From Candidatus Krumholzibacteriia bacterium (GTDB lineage Bacteria; Krumholzibacteriota; Krumholzibacteriia; JAJRXK01), in the NCBI GenBank assembly GCA_041484665.1, contig JBGPIA010000002.1, forward strand, positions 64,001 through 128,000: 64,000 nucleotides of DNA, read 5' to 3'. Shown one piece after another: positions 17,623-27,130 of the stretch. The position numbers and the translations under genes are program-made. Numbering within the stretch: the first letter of the stretch is position 1; the number at the start of each line of letters is the position of its first letter. The notes beneath the pieces were generated by a model. The model saw nothing but the letters and a program-made list of their open reading frames with translations. It ran no database searches and was not told where the DNA came from.

Positions 17623-18663
17623 ATGCGTACGACCCTTGGCATCGCCGTCTTCTGCGCGCTCCTGTGCGCGCATCCGTGTGCCGCGGCGCAGCCGCTCACC
17701 GTCGAGGAGTTCCATGCCTTCCAGGACGGCCTGCAGCGCTTGGGCACCCACGCGCTGCCCGGTGCCGCCCTCCTGGACAGCACGGTCGTCGTGCCCCCGC
17801 CGCTGGCGGCGCCGGCGGGTGCCCCGCTGCAGAGCATGGCACGGTCGCTGCGCGCGATCTCGGCGAACGTCGACTCCGCGCGGGTGGTGACCGACCACAA
17901 CTGGCTGGGCGCCATCGCGCTGGCCCGCAGCCTGCGCGACCTGGGCTTCCGCCAGCGCTCCCTGCAGTGGTACGAGCGCGCGCTGGACTCCGATCCCGAC
18001 GGGACGTTCACCAGCGAGGCCGTCGAGGAGATGGCTGCCGTCGTGATCGCGAGTGCCGACAGCGCGGTGCTGGTGCAGCGCATCCGTGAGTTCGCTGGGC
18101 GGCGCGACGCGGCTCTGCACGGCGATGCATTGGCGACGCTGCTGGAAGCGCTGCTGACCTGGCGGGTGGGCGACGCGACGCTTGCTCTGTGCAGTCGCCT
18201 GGAGACGGTGGCCGCGCCGGCTCCAAGCCTGCGTCTAGCCATCGCCCGCGCGCGCGAGCTGGGTGGTGACCCGGCCACAGCGCTCTCGGGTTACCGGGCG
18301 CTGCTGGGCGAGAGCGCGTTGGACACCCGCTCGTTGTGCCGCGTCCGCTGCGGGGTGGCCGACTGCGCCTTCGCGCTGCGCGATCTCGGCGAGGCACAGC
18401 GCCTCTACGGCGAGATCCAGCGTACCAACGCGGGCGACCTCAGCGCCTGGGCCACCTACCAGCTCGGGTCCATTGCCGGCCTGCAGGGACGCTACGGCGA
18501 GGCCCTCGTCCATTTCCGCAGCCTGTGCGAGCGCGGGCGTCCGACGCGCTGGCAGCAGGAAGCCTGTTGGCAGCGCGCGCGCGCCGAGGAGCTCCTGGCC
18601 ATCCGCGCGGGGGACCGGGCGCCGGCCGCTGCCGCCGCGCATTCCCCGGGAGGCGGCTCGTGA
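17623..18663 (+). CDS. Exported TPR-repeat protein
   Basis: Signal-peptide-like MRTTLGIAVFCALLCAHPCAAA, then TPR-like helices (LARSLRDLGFRQRSLQWYERAL; WATYQLGSI...GRYGEALVHF). Confidence 0.7.
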   Translation: MRTTLGIAVFCALLCAHPCAAAQPLTVEEFHAFQDGLQRLGTHALPGAALLDSTVVVPPPLAAPAGAPLQSMARSLRAISANVDSARVVTDHNWLGAIALARSLRDLGFRQRSLQWYERALDSDPDGTFTSEAVEEMAAVVIASADSAVLVQRIREFAGRRDAALHGDALATLLEALLTWRVGDATLALCSRLETVAAPAPSLRLAIARARELGGDPATALSGYRALLGESALDTRSLCRVRCGVADCAFALRDLGEAQRLYGEIQRTNAGDLSAWATYQLGSIAGLQGRYGEALVHFRSLCERGRPTRWQQEACWQRARAEELLAIRAGDRAPAAAAAHSPGGGS

Positions 18664-19049
18664 GCGCCGCCTTGACACGGCTGCTGTCCGCCTACCGCGA
18701 GCAGGCGCACGCCTACGAAGCGGTGCTGGAGCTTGCGCAGGAGGGCGTGGCGGCAGTGCGCGCCGGCGCGCCGCTTTTGCTGCTGCACGAGCTCAATGTG
18801 CGCAAGCGGGGCTGCCTCGAGCACATCGAGCAGATCGAGGCGGGGATCGCCGCCGACAAGCAGGCCTGGCGCGCCGGAGCGCGCGCTGGACGGGAGGCCC
18901 TGGAGCTGGAGCGCCTGCTGGCGGAGCTGACCGATCTGATCGAGCAAATCCTCGCCTGCGAGCGCGAGACGGATCGTTGGGTCGTGCAGGGGGCCGGCGA
19001 GCTTCCAGCGGACGTGGCGAGTCTGGCCGCGGCCGCGGAGCCGGCGTGA
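18660..19049 (+). CDS. Small helical protein, FlgN/FliT-like (putative)
   Basis: GTGA-coupled to the TPR gene. 129 aa, all-helical (Y..VLELAQE, RK..CLEHIEQIE, LIEQILACERE). Confidence 0.5.
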   Translation: MSAALTRLLSAYREQAHAYEAVLELAQEGVAAVRAGAPLLLLHELNVRKRGCLEHIEQIEAGIAADKQAWRAGARAGREALELERLLAELTDLIEQILACERETDRWVVQGAGELPADVASLAAAAEPA

Positions 19050-19063
19050 CGGCAGGAGGCGCG

Positions 19064-19828
19064 ATGGCACAAGGACTCCTGCTTCCCCTGCCGTCCGGTG
19101 CGCCGCCGGCGCCTTCGCCGGAGCTCGCCCTGGTGCTCAGCGGCGCGTTGCACAGCAGTCGCAACCTCGTCATGGCGATGCGCGGCTACGCCGAGCTGAT
19201 CCGCAAGCGCGACGACGCGGTGGACCGCCATGCCGAATGGGCGGACAAGATCATCCATCAGCTCGATCGGCTCAACGAGCTCTATACGCGCGTGTCGGCG
19301 CTGTCGGCGCCGCCCTCGGCCTGGCGTCCGGTGGCGGTGGAGCTGCTGCTGCGCGGCGCCGAGACGCAGGCGCGCCAGCGCTTCGCCGGCGGTCGGAGCG
19401 ACGTGGGAATGCGGCTGCGCGTGGCTGGCGCGGCGTGCCTCCACGGCGACGCGCAGGAGCTCACGCGCTCGCTCTCGGCGGTGCTGGAGAACGCGCTGGA
19501 AGCCTCGCCCGCGGGCGCGGCCATCGCCGTGGAGGCGGTGGCCGACGCGGCCGGCCGCCTGCATCTAGCCGTCGAGGACCAGGGCAGCGGGCTCACGCCA
19601 ACGCAGCTGGAGCGCGCCGGCCAGCCCTTCTACACGACCAAGCCCGACCGGCTGGGGCTGGGGCTGTTCCTGGCCCGCTCGATCCTGGGCCGCTACGGGC
19701 TTGGTTTGACCATCGAGAACCGCGCCGTGGGCGGCGCGCGCGTGGTCATCACCGCGGTCGCCCTTGCGACCACACCGGCCACGTTCGCGAGCGCCGGGAC
19801 CTCGGATCTTCAGGGAGGAACCCAATGA
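19064..19828 (+). CDS. Sensorless histidine kinase (FlgS/FleS-like position)
   Basis: AGGAGG RBS. Atypical H-box LHSSRNL..MRGYAELI, LENALEA, EDQGSGL, PFYTTK..LGLGL. No input domain. Confidence 0.8.
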   Translation: MAQGLLLPLPSGAPPAPSPELALVLSGALHSSRNLVMAMRGYAELIRKRDDAVDRHAEWADKIIHQLDRLNELYTRVSALSAPPSAWRPVAVELLLRGAETQARQRFAGGRSDVGMRLRVAGAACLHGDAQELTRSLSAVLENALEASPAGAAIAVEAVADAAGRLHLAVEDQGSGLTPTQLERAGQPFYTTKPDRLGLGLFLARSILGRYGLGLTIENRAVGGARVVITAVALATTPATFASAGTSDLQGGTQ

Positions 19829-21198
19829 GAGAACGCCGCCGCATCCTGGTCATCGAGGACGAGAAGGCGACGCAGGACTTGTTGCGCAGCGAGCTCGAGA
19901 CGCGCTACGCCGTGGCGTGCGCCGGCAATGGGGAGGAGGGACTCGAGCTCCTGCAGCGAGACGGGGCCGACATCGTCTTGCTGGACCTCAGCCTGCCGGG
20001 GATGCACGGGTTGCAGGTGCTGCAGGAGATAGCGCGGCGGATGCCCCAGCCACCTGCCGTGGTGGTGATCACCGCCGACGAGCAGCTCTCCTCGGCCGTG
20101 GAGGCGGTGCGCGCCGGCGCCTACGATTACCTCACCAAGCCATTCCCCCTCGACCGGCTGTGCACGGCCATCGAGCGGGCCGACGAGCGCCTCCGCCTGC
20201 TGCGCGAAAACGTCTCGCTGCGGCAGACGCTCTCCGCCGCTCGGCAGTTCCGCGGACTGCTCGGCAACAGCCAACCCATGCAGAGCCTCAAACGCGATGT
20301 CGAGAAGATCGCGGACTCGCGCGGGACCGTGCTGCTCACCGGTGAGTCCGGAACGGGCAAGGAGCTGGTAGCGCGCGCCGTCCACGAGCTCTCCATGCGC
20401 CGCAACGGTCCGTACATCCGGATCAACTGCTCGGCGGTGCCCGAAGGGCTGCTGGAGAGCGAGCTGTTCGGGCACGAGAAGGGATCGTTCACCAGCGCCA
20501 TCGCCCGCCGCGAGGGCATGTTCGAGCTGGCCGACAGCGGCACGCTGCTGCTGGACGAGATCAGCGAGATCAACACCGGGATGCAGTCGCGGCTGTTGCG
20601 CGTGCTGCAGGAGCGGGAGTTCATGCGCGTGGGCGGCAAGGTCCCCATCAAGGTGGACGTGCGCGTAATTGCCACCACCAACAAGGAGCTCAAGGCCCTG
20701 GTGCGCGAGGGGAAGTTCAAGGACGACCTGTATTACCGCCTCAACGTCATCCCGTTGCACATCTGTCCGCTGCGCGAGCGGGTGGAGGACATCCCGGTCC
20801 TGGCACGCTTCTTCATCGAGCGCGCCTGCGCGGAGAACGGGCGGTCGCTCATGGCGCTCACGCCGGCGGCGATGAAGACGCTCTGCGCCCACTCGTGGCC
20901 GGGCAACGTGCGCGAGCTGGAGAACAGCCTGGAGCGCACGGTGATCCTCAACGACCGCGACGCGATCGACGTGAGCGATCTGCACCTGGACACCGACGCG
21001 CTCTTCCCACCGCCGTCGACGCGCCTGGACAAGGACGACCTGACGCTGCGCGAGCTGGAGAAGGAGCTGATCCTGCGTCGGCTGTCCATCACCGGTGGAA
21101 ACCGCACCCGGGCCGCGCAGCTCCTGGGGATCAGCGTGCGCACTCTGCGCAACAAGATCAATCTGTACCGCGGTGAGGGGATCCGCATCCCCGGCTGA
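19825..21198 (+). CDS. Sigma54-dependent response regulator (FlgR/FleR-like position)
   Basis: REC (IEDE, LLDLSLP, TKPF), [61 protein letters not shown]. Directly upstream of flgB. Confidence 0.95.
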   Translation: MRERRRILVIEDEKATQDLLRSELETRYAVACAGNGEEGLELLQRDGADIVLLDLSLPGMHGLQVLQEIARRMPQPPAVVVITADEQLSSAVEAVRAGAYDYLTKPFPLDRLCTAIERADERLRLLRENVSLRQTLSAARQFRGLLGNSQPMQSLKRDVEKIADSRGTVLLTGESGTGKELVARAVHELSMRRNGPYIRINCSAVPEGLLESELFGHEKGSFTSAIARREGMFELADSGTLLLDEISEINTGMQSRLLRVLQEREFMRVGGKVPIKVDVRVIATTNKELKALVREGKFKDDLYYRLNVIPLHICPLRERVEDIPVLARFFIERACAENGRSLMALTPAAMKTLCAHSWPGNVRELENSLERTVILNDRDAIDVSDLHLDTDALFPPPSTRLDKDDLTLRELEKELILRRLSITGGNRTRAAQLLGISVRTLRNKINLYRGEGIRIPG

Positions 21199-21249
21199 CA
21201 CACGGCGCGCCCGGCTCGCCGCGCGGCGCACGCGCGCATGGAGGAGATG

Positions 21250-21663
21250 ATGATCGCTGCGACGCTTTTCGACCAGCCCCACATGGAGCTGCTGAAGCGG
21301 GCTCTGTCGGCCTATTCGCTGCGCCACCGGGTGGTGGCCGACAACCTCAGCAACGTGGGGACGCCCGGCTACCAGGCGCAGGCCGTGGACTTCGAGACGG
21401 CGCTTGCCAACGCCGCGCCGCCGTTTCGCCTGCGTGGAACGGTGACCGCCCCAGGCCATCTGCCGTTGGGCGTGGCCGCGGAGCCGTCCGCGGCGCGCAC
21501 GCAGCCGGTGGGCGAGCCGTTCGACAACGGCGTCAACGACGTGAACGTCGATCGCGAGATGGGCGAGCTGGTGAAGAACGACCTGGCCTTCCGCATGGCC
21601 ACCCGCCTGCTCTCCCGGCGTTACCAGGGGCTGCGCATCGCCATCACCGGACGCACGCAGTGA
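21250..21663 (+). CDS. flgB: Basal-body rod protein FlgB
   Basis: RHRVVADNLSNV.TPGY.A..VDFE and N.VNVDREM. Alternative ATGs at 21238 and 21247. Confidence 0.93.
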   Translation: MIAATLFDQPHMELLKRALSAYSLRHRVVADNLSNVGTPGYQAQAVDFETALANAAPPFRLRGTVTAPGHLPLGVAAEPSAARTQPVGEPFDNGVNDVNVDREMGELVKNDLAFRMATRLLSRRYQGLRIAITGRTQ

Positions 21664-21706
21664 CGGGACGCGCGGACCGCCGCGCACCCCGTAGGAGGTC
21701 TTGACC

Positions 21707-22213
21707 ATGACCATGCGCTTGTTCGGCGCCATCGACCTGAGCGCGAGCGGCCTGCGCGGCCAGCGCGCCAAGCTGGAGGTGGTGGCCGAGAACATCGCCA
21801 ATGCCCAGACCACGCGCACGCCGGAAGGGGGCCCCTACCGGCGCAAGCAGACGGTGTTCACCGCCGCGGCGCCCGAGCAGGCGGAGACGACCCTGCTGCC
21901 CTACGGCGGGAACGACTTCTTCCGCCTGCTGCTCACCAACGAGCGGCACATGGATCGCGGCCGCGAGGCCAGCCAGATCGAGCTGCCGCGCGGCTCGGAG
22001 GTGGGCGTGGAGGAGGCGCCGGACGCGACCCGCTTCAAGCTGGTCTACGACCCCGGGCATCCCGACGCGGACGAGGAGGGCTACGTGCTCATGCCCAACG
22101 TGAACATGGTGTCGGAGATGGTGGACATGATCGCGGCCTCGCGCGCCTACGAGGCGAACGTGAGCGCGATCGAGAGCGCCAAGGACATGTTCCTGCAGGC
22201 GCTGGAGATCTAG
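21707..22213 (+). CDS. flgC: Basal-body rod protein FlgC
   Basis: SASGL.GQR.KLEVVAENIANA.TTRTPEGGPYRRK, YDPGHPDAD..GYV.MPNVN.VSEMVDMI.ASRAYEAN. Confidence 0.97.
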   Translation: MTMRLFGAIDLSASGLRGQRAKLEVVAENIANAQTTRTPEGGPYRRKQTVFTAAAPEQAETTLLPYGGNDFFRLLLTNERHMDRGREASQIELPRGSEVGVEEAPDATRFKLVYDPGHPDADEEGYVLMPNVNMVSEMVDMIAASRAYEANVSAIESAKDMFLQALEI

Positions 22214-22223
22214 GGAGGCCGTC

Positions 22224-22544
22224 GTGAGCGCCGTCAAGGGTATCATCGGCGCGGCCCCGGAGCTCGTCGCCAAGGCCTACGAGGCCGCGGCGGGCGTGGG
22301 CCCGCAGGTCGAGGCCAGAGCCGCCGGCGGCTTCGGCCAGACGCTGGCGCGGCTGGTCGGCGACGTCGACCGGCTGCAGGACCATTCCGGCGAGGTGACG
22401 CGCCGCCTGGTGGCCGGCGAGCCCACCGACGCCCACGAAGTGATGGTCGCCACCGAGGAGGCCGGCCTGGCCTTCAGCCTGATGGTGGAAGTGCGCAACA
22501 AGCTCCTCGAGGCGTACCAGGAGCTCATGAGGATGCAGGTCTGA
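22224..22544 (+). CDS. fliE: Hook-basal body protein FliE
   Basis: FG..L...V..V..LQ, D.HEVMVA.EEA.LAF.L.VEVRNKLLEAYQELMRMQV. Confidence 0.95.
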   Translation: MSAVKGIIGAAPELVAKAYEAAAGVGPQVEARAAGGFGQTLARLVGDVDRLQDHSGEVTRRLVAGEPTDAHEVMVATEEAGLAFSLMVEVRNKLLEAYQELMRMQV

Positions 22545-22594
22545 CGTCGCGGGCGCGAGCCGGCCGCGGCGCGTGAGGCAGAGAGAAAGCGGGC

Positions 22595-24073
22595 ATGGAT
22601 TCCCTGCAAGCGGTTCTGGAGCGGCTGCGCCGCGTCTGGGCGAGCTTCTCATTCAACCAGAAGGCGATCCTGGTGATCGTCTTGGGCGCGGCCTTGGTCA
22701 GCTCGCTGGTGTTCGTGCGCTGGCTGCGCCAGGACGACATGGTCGTGCTCTCCAGCGACCTGTCCGCCGAGGACGCCGCCGAGATCCTCGACCAGGTCTC
22801 CAAGGCGGGCGTGCGTGCCGAGCTGGGCAACGCCGGCCACACGATCCTGGTGCCGGCCAGCGAGGTAGACCGGTTGCGGGTGGGGATCGCCAGCCAGGGG
22901 CTCCCTCGCCAGGGGCGCATCGGCTGGGAGATCTTCAACAAGGGCAACTACGGGATGACGGAGTTCCAGGAGAACGTCACCCTGCGCCGGGCCCTGGAGG
23001 GCGAGCTGGCGCGCACCATCGAGAGCATCCAGGGCGTCAAGAGCGCCCGCGTCCACATCACGCTGCCGCAGCAGAGCCTGTTCTTGCGCGACGAGCGCGC
23101 GGCCACGGCGGCCGTGTTGCTCACGCTGCGCGGGCGGGGGCGCCCGGGGCGGGAGCAGATCGAGGGGATCCAGCACCTGGTGGCCAACGCGGTGGAGGGG
23201 CTGCAGCCGGGCAAGGTGACGGTGGTGGACAACTCGGGGGCCGTGATGAGCAGCGACGACAGCGACGACGCGGCCGGGCTTTCCAGCAAGCAGCTCCGCG
23301 TGCGCAAGGAGGTCGAGGACTACCTCGGCGGCAAGGCGGCCGACATGCTGGCTGCGGTGTTGGGCCCGGGGCACTCCATGGTGCGCGTCAACGCCGAGCT
23401 GGATTTCGACCGCATCGAGCGCACGACCGAGCAGTACGACCCCCAGACCGTCGTGCGCAGCGAGGAGCGGACCGACGAGTCCAACCCGGGCGCCGGCGGA
23501 ACGACCGAGCGATCGCTGACCAACTACGAGGTGAGCCGCACCGTCCAGAAGGTCCTCAACACCGGTGGCGGCGTCCACAAACTCGACGTAGCGGTCTTCG
23601 TCGACGGCAAGCACGCGCCAGCCGCCGATGCCAAGGGCGGCCAGCCCGCCAGCTACACCCCCCGCACCAGCGAGGAGCTGGACCAGATCCAGCGCATCGT
23701 CGCCAAGTCGGTGGGAGTCGACCCCACGCGCGGGGACCTGATCGAGGTCGTGAACATGCAGTTCGACGTGCCGCAAGCGCCCAAGACCACGCTGCTGGAG
23801 AACCCGATGCTGCAGACCGCACCGTCGTTGATCGGTCGCCTGGCTCTGTTCGCCGTGGCGGCCGTGCTGATCCTGGGGCTGCGCCGCAGCCTGGGCAAGA
23901 TGGTGCGCGAGGTGTCGCGCCCACTGCCCGACGTGGGTCCGGTGCGCGGCGCCGCGCTGGCCAGGGCCAAGGCCGAGGCGCGCACGCCGGTGGCCGACAT
24001 GGAGGACTGGGCCCGCGGTGACCCCGAAGAGGTCGCCAACCTGATCAAGGCCTTCGCCAGCTCCGAGGAGTAG
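22595..24073 (+). CDS. fliF: MS-ring protein FliF
   Basis: Two TM segments, GWEIF...YGMTEF, RALEGELARTIESI.GVKSARVHI.LP..SLF, V..NAELDFD, RSEE, NYEV. Confidence 0.96.
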   Translation: MDSLQAVLERLRRVWASFSFNQKAILVIVLGAALVSSLVFVRWLRQDDMVVLSSDLSAEDAAEILDQVSKAGVRAELGNAGHTILVPASEVDRLRVGIASQGLPRQGRIGWEIFNKGNYGMTEFQENVTLRRALEGELARTIESIQGVKSARVHITLPQQSLFLRDERAATAAVLLTLRGRGRPGREQIEGIQHLVANAVEGLQPGKVTVVDNSGAVMSSDDSDDAAGLSSKQLRVRKEVEDYLGGKAADMLAAVLGPGHSMVRVNAELDFDRIERTTEQYDPQTVVRSEERTDESNPGAGGTTERSLTNYEVSRTVQKVLNTGGGVHKLDVAVFVDGKHAPAADAKGGQPASYTPRTSEELDQIQRIVAKSVGVDPTRGDLIEVVNMQFDVPQAPKTTLLENPMLQTAPSLIGRLALFAVAAVLILGLRRSLGKMVREVSRPLPDVGPVRGAALARAKAEARTPVADMEDWARGDPEEVANLIKAFASSEE

Positions 24074-24077
24074 ACGC

Positions 24078-25079
24078 GTGACGCCGATGACCTCGACGCG
24101 TAAGACGGCCATCGTGCTGATCTCGATGGGCTCGCGCATCGCCGGGGAGATCCTCAAGCGCATGCCCGAGGCGCTGGTGGAGCAGATCACCGCCGAGATC
24201 GCCAGCATCAAGCAGGTCACGCCCGAGGAGCGCCGGCTGGTCTTCAAGGAGCTGCGGGAGTTCCAGGCCAAGATCTCCGCCTTCGACAAGGGCGGCACCG
24301 ACTTCGCCCGCGAGATGCTCGAGCAGGCGGTGGGCACCCACCGCGCCAGCACGCTGATCAGCCGCGCCACGGGCTTCGGCGACACCGCAAGCTTCGAGAT
24401 GCTCAAGAAGGCCGATCCGCTGACGGTGGCCAACTTCCTCAAGGCCGAGGCCGCCCAGACCGTCGCCCTGGTGCTGGCCCACGTGGACCCGCGGTGGGCG
24501 GGGCCGATCCTCGCCCGCCTGCCCAGCACCATGCAGGCCGAGGTGGCCTTCCGCATGGCGTCCCTCGGCCAGCCCAACCCGGAGTTCGTGCGCGAGGTGG
24601 AGCTCGCCCTGGCCAAGGGGGTCAAGGGCGAGTACGAGGCCACCGTGAAGCAGTACGGCGGCACCAAGCAGGTGGCCGACCTGTTCAACCAGATCGACCA
24701 GGAGGTCTGGGGCGAGATCCTCGAGGATATGAAGCGGCTGGACAACGACACCGCCGCGCAGGTGAAGAACCTCATGTTCGTGTTCGAGGACATCGTGACG
24801 CTCGATGACAAGTTCGTGCAGGAGATGCTCAAGGAGGTCGACAGCCGCGAGCTGGGGCTCGCGCTGAAGGCCGCCAGCGACATCGTGAAGCAGAAGATCT
24901 TCAGCAACATGTCCAAGCGAGCCGCCGCGGGTATCAAGGAGGACATGGAATACACCGGTGCGGTGCGTCTGTCCGAGGTACAGGAGGCGCAGCAGCGCGT
25001 GGTCGACGTGCTGCGCCGCCTGGAGGAGGCCGGCACGGTGGTGCTCAGCGGCGGCAAGGGCGGCGATGTCCTCGTCTAG
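24078..25079 (+). CDS. fliG: Motor switch protein FliG
   Basis: K.AIVL, QTVALVLAH, MFVFEDI, LALKAAS, IFSNMSKRAA, VRLSEVQEAQ. Confidence 0.96.
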   Translation: MTPMTSTRKTAIVLISMGSRIAGEILKRMPEALVEQITAEIASIKQVTPEERRLVFKELREFQAKISAFDKGGTDFAREMLEQAVGTHRASTLISRATGFGDTASFEMLKKADPLTVANFLKAEAAQTVALVLAHVDPRWAGPILARLPSTMQAEVAFRMASLGQPNPEFVREVELALAKGVKGEYEATVKQYGGTKQVADLFNQIDQEVWGEILEDMKRLDNDTAAQVKNLMFVFEDIVTLDDKFVQEMLKEVDSRELGLALKAASDIVKQKIFSNMSKRAAAGIKEDMEYTGAVRLSEVQEAQQRVVDVLRRLEEAGTVVLSGGKGGDVLV

Positions 25080-25764
25080 CGCGACCGCGGCAACGCCGGC
25101 GCACGGCTTCGCGCCCAACGCGGCACCACAGCCAGCGCCCGCCGCGCCCTTCGTCGAAGAATTCAGCCGGCACGCCTCCGCCCCCTTCCGGGAGCTGTTG
25201 GCCGAGACCGCGGCGATGGCCACCGGCAAGGCACTCCTCCCCAGCGCCGCCGCGCGCGAGGATGTACTGCTGGCCGAACTGGAGCGCATGCAGGGCGCTC
25301 TGGTGCGCGCACAGCACGAGAGTGCCGACCTGCGCGCTCAGTGGGAGGCCGAGCGGGACGGGATTCTGGCCTCCATCGTCCAGGAGCTCCGCACGAACTT
25401 CCAGACGCAGATGGAGGAGATCGCGGCGGCCGCACTGCGGCTGACGCTGGAGGCGGCCGAGCGGATCGTTCGCCGCGAGCTGGCGGTGGACCCCGAGGCG
25501 ATCGAGCGCCTGCTGCGCGACGTGCTCTGGCGGCTGGCCGACGCGCGGTCACTGCGCCTGCGGGTCAGCCCGCAGGACGCGCAGCTGCTGGAGTCGCGCG
25601 CGGCGCTGCTGGCGGAGCTGCACGTGGCCGAGGTGGTGCGCGATCGCCGCGTCACCTCTGGCGGCTGCTTGCTGGAGTCGGGCGACCGGGCCTGGGATGC
25701 CACCGTGGAGGGCCAGCTGGAGCAACTGCGTCTCGCGCTGGCGCGCCTGCTGGAGAAAGCGTGA
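25066..25764 (+). CDS. fliH: Flagellar assembly protein FliH
   Basis: Lies between fliG and fliI. AERIVRREL, LRVSPQD, D..V..GGCLLES...WDATVEGQL. Confidence 0.85.
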   Translation: MSSSSATAATPAHGFAPNAAPQPAPAAPFVEEFSRHASAPFRELLAETAAMATGKALLPSAAAREDVLLAELERMQGALVRAQHESADLRAQWEAERDGILASIVQELRTNFQTQMEEIAAAALRLTLEAAERIVRRELAVDPEAIERLLRDVLWRLADARSLRLRVSPQDAQLLESRAALLAELHVAEVVRDRRVTSGGCLLESGDRAWDATVEGQLEQLRLALARLLEKA

Positions 25765-27089
25765 CCTCCGCGTTGCTGGACGCCGCGCGCTCGGCGGTGC
25801 GCAGCGCCGACCTCGTCCGCGGTCGCGGCCGCCTCACGCAGGTGGTGGGCCTGGTGCTCGAGGTCCGGGGGCTGTGCGCCTCCATCGGCGATCTCTGCTG
25901 GATCGAGGTGGGCCGCCAGCTGCCCGAGGTGCCCGCCGAGGTGGTGGGCTTCCGCGAGGACGCGCTGCTGCTGATGCCCTACGGCTCGCTGATCGGCATC
26001 GCCGCCGGGAGCCGCGTGCGCACCCATGGTGAGCGCTTGCGCGTGCCCGCCGGAGTGGAGCTGCTGGGGCGCGTCCTCAACGCCGTGGGCGAGCCCATCG
26101 ATGGAGGGCCACCGCTCTCCTGCCGCGAGACCACCAGTCATCTCGGCCGGGTGCCGCCGCCCTTGGCCCGCCAGCGCATCCGGGAGGTGCAGCCCACCGG
26201 CGTGCGCGCCATCGACGCGTTCGTGACCTGCGCGCGGGGCCAGCGCGTGGGGATCTTCGCCGGCAGCGGCGTGGGCAAGAGCGTGCTGCTGGGGATGATC
26301 AGCCGCCACAGCGCGGTGGACGTCAACGTCGTGGCCCTGATCGGCGAGCGAGGCCGCGAAGTGCGCGAGTTCATCGAGGAGGATCTGGGGCAGGATGGCC
26401 TGGCGCGCAGCGTGGTGGTGGTGGCCACCAGCGACGAGAGCGCGGTCCTGCGCGTGCGGGCCGCCCAGAGTGCCATGGCCATCGCCGAGTGGTTCCGCGA
26501 GCACGACCGCAACGTGATGTTCCTGATGGACTCCACCACCCGCTACGCCATGGCGCTGCGGGAGATCGGGCTGGCGGTGGGGGAGCCCCCCACGACCAAG
26601 GGCTACACGCCGTCCTCCTTCGCCGAGCTCCCGCGGCTGCTGGAGCGCGCCGGCACCAGCCGCGTCAACGCCATGACCGGCTTCTTCACCGTGCTGGTCG
26701 AGGGGGACGATCTCAACGATCCGGTGGGCGACGCGGTGCGTGCCATCGTCGACGGGCACATCGTCCTGGCGCGCGACCTGGCCCGGCGCGGGCACTACCC
26801 AGCCATCGACGTGCTGGGCAGCGTCAGCCGGCTCATGCCCCAGGTGACCACGCCCGAACACCGCGCGAGCTCCGCCCGCGTGCTCAACTGGCTGAAGCTG
26901 CTGGAGGACCACCAAGACCTGATCACGATCGGCGCCTACACGCGCGGCCACCACGCCGAGCTGGATATCGCCCTCGATCTGCGGCCGCGCCTGGACGCGT
27001 TCCTGCGGCAGGGGATCGGCGAGAAGGCCGATCTCAGCGCCACGCTGGCGCAGCTTGCCCAGCTGGCCACGCCGGGCGCCACCGGCTGA
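25761..27089 (+). CDS. fliI: Flagellar export ATPase FliI
   Basis: GQRVGIFAGSGVGKS (Walker A), ALIGERGREVREF, MDS.TRYAMA.REIGL..GEPP.TKGY, HYPAIDVL.SVSR. Confidence 0.98.
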   Translation: MTSALLDAARSAVRSADLVRGRGRLTQVVGLVLEVRGLCASIGDLCWIEVGRQLPEVPAEVVGFREDALLLMPYGSLIGIAAGSRVRTHGERLRVPAGVELLGRVLNAVGEPIDGGPPLSCRETTSHLGRVPPPLARQRIREVQPTGVRAIDAFVTCARGQRVGIFAGSGVGKSVLLGMISRHSAVDVNVVALIGERGREVREFIEEDLGQDGLARSVVVVATSDESAVLRVRAAQSAMAIAEWFREHDRNVMFLMDSTTRYAMALREIGLAVGEPPTTKGYTPSSFAELPRLLERAGTSRVNAMTGFFTVLVEGDDLNDPVGDAVRAIVDGHIVLARDLARRGHYPAIDVLGSVSRLMPQVTTPEHRASSARVLNWLKLLEDHQDLITIGAYTRGHHAELDIALDLRPRLDAFLRQGIGEKADLSATLAQLAQLATPGATG

Positions 27090-27130
27090 CCGCGAGCACG
27101 TGCCCCCGGCGCTCGCCCAAGAGGATTCGC

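Noticed and set aside
13229..21247. Identical 12-mer GCATGGAGGAGA before flgM (13229) and flgB (21236) as shared CsrA sites
   Set aside because: It is mostly explained by the Shine-Dalgarno sequence, and no supporting hairpin or second site was confirmed.
22649..25057. Long antisense and alternative-frame ORFs (for example 22649-25057, 30846-33215, 53805-56168, 58279-60675)
   Set aside because: These are shadow ORFs expected from high-GC codon bias opposite well-supported genes, and they carry no recognisable motifs.
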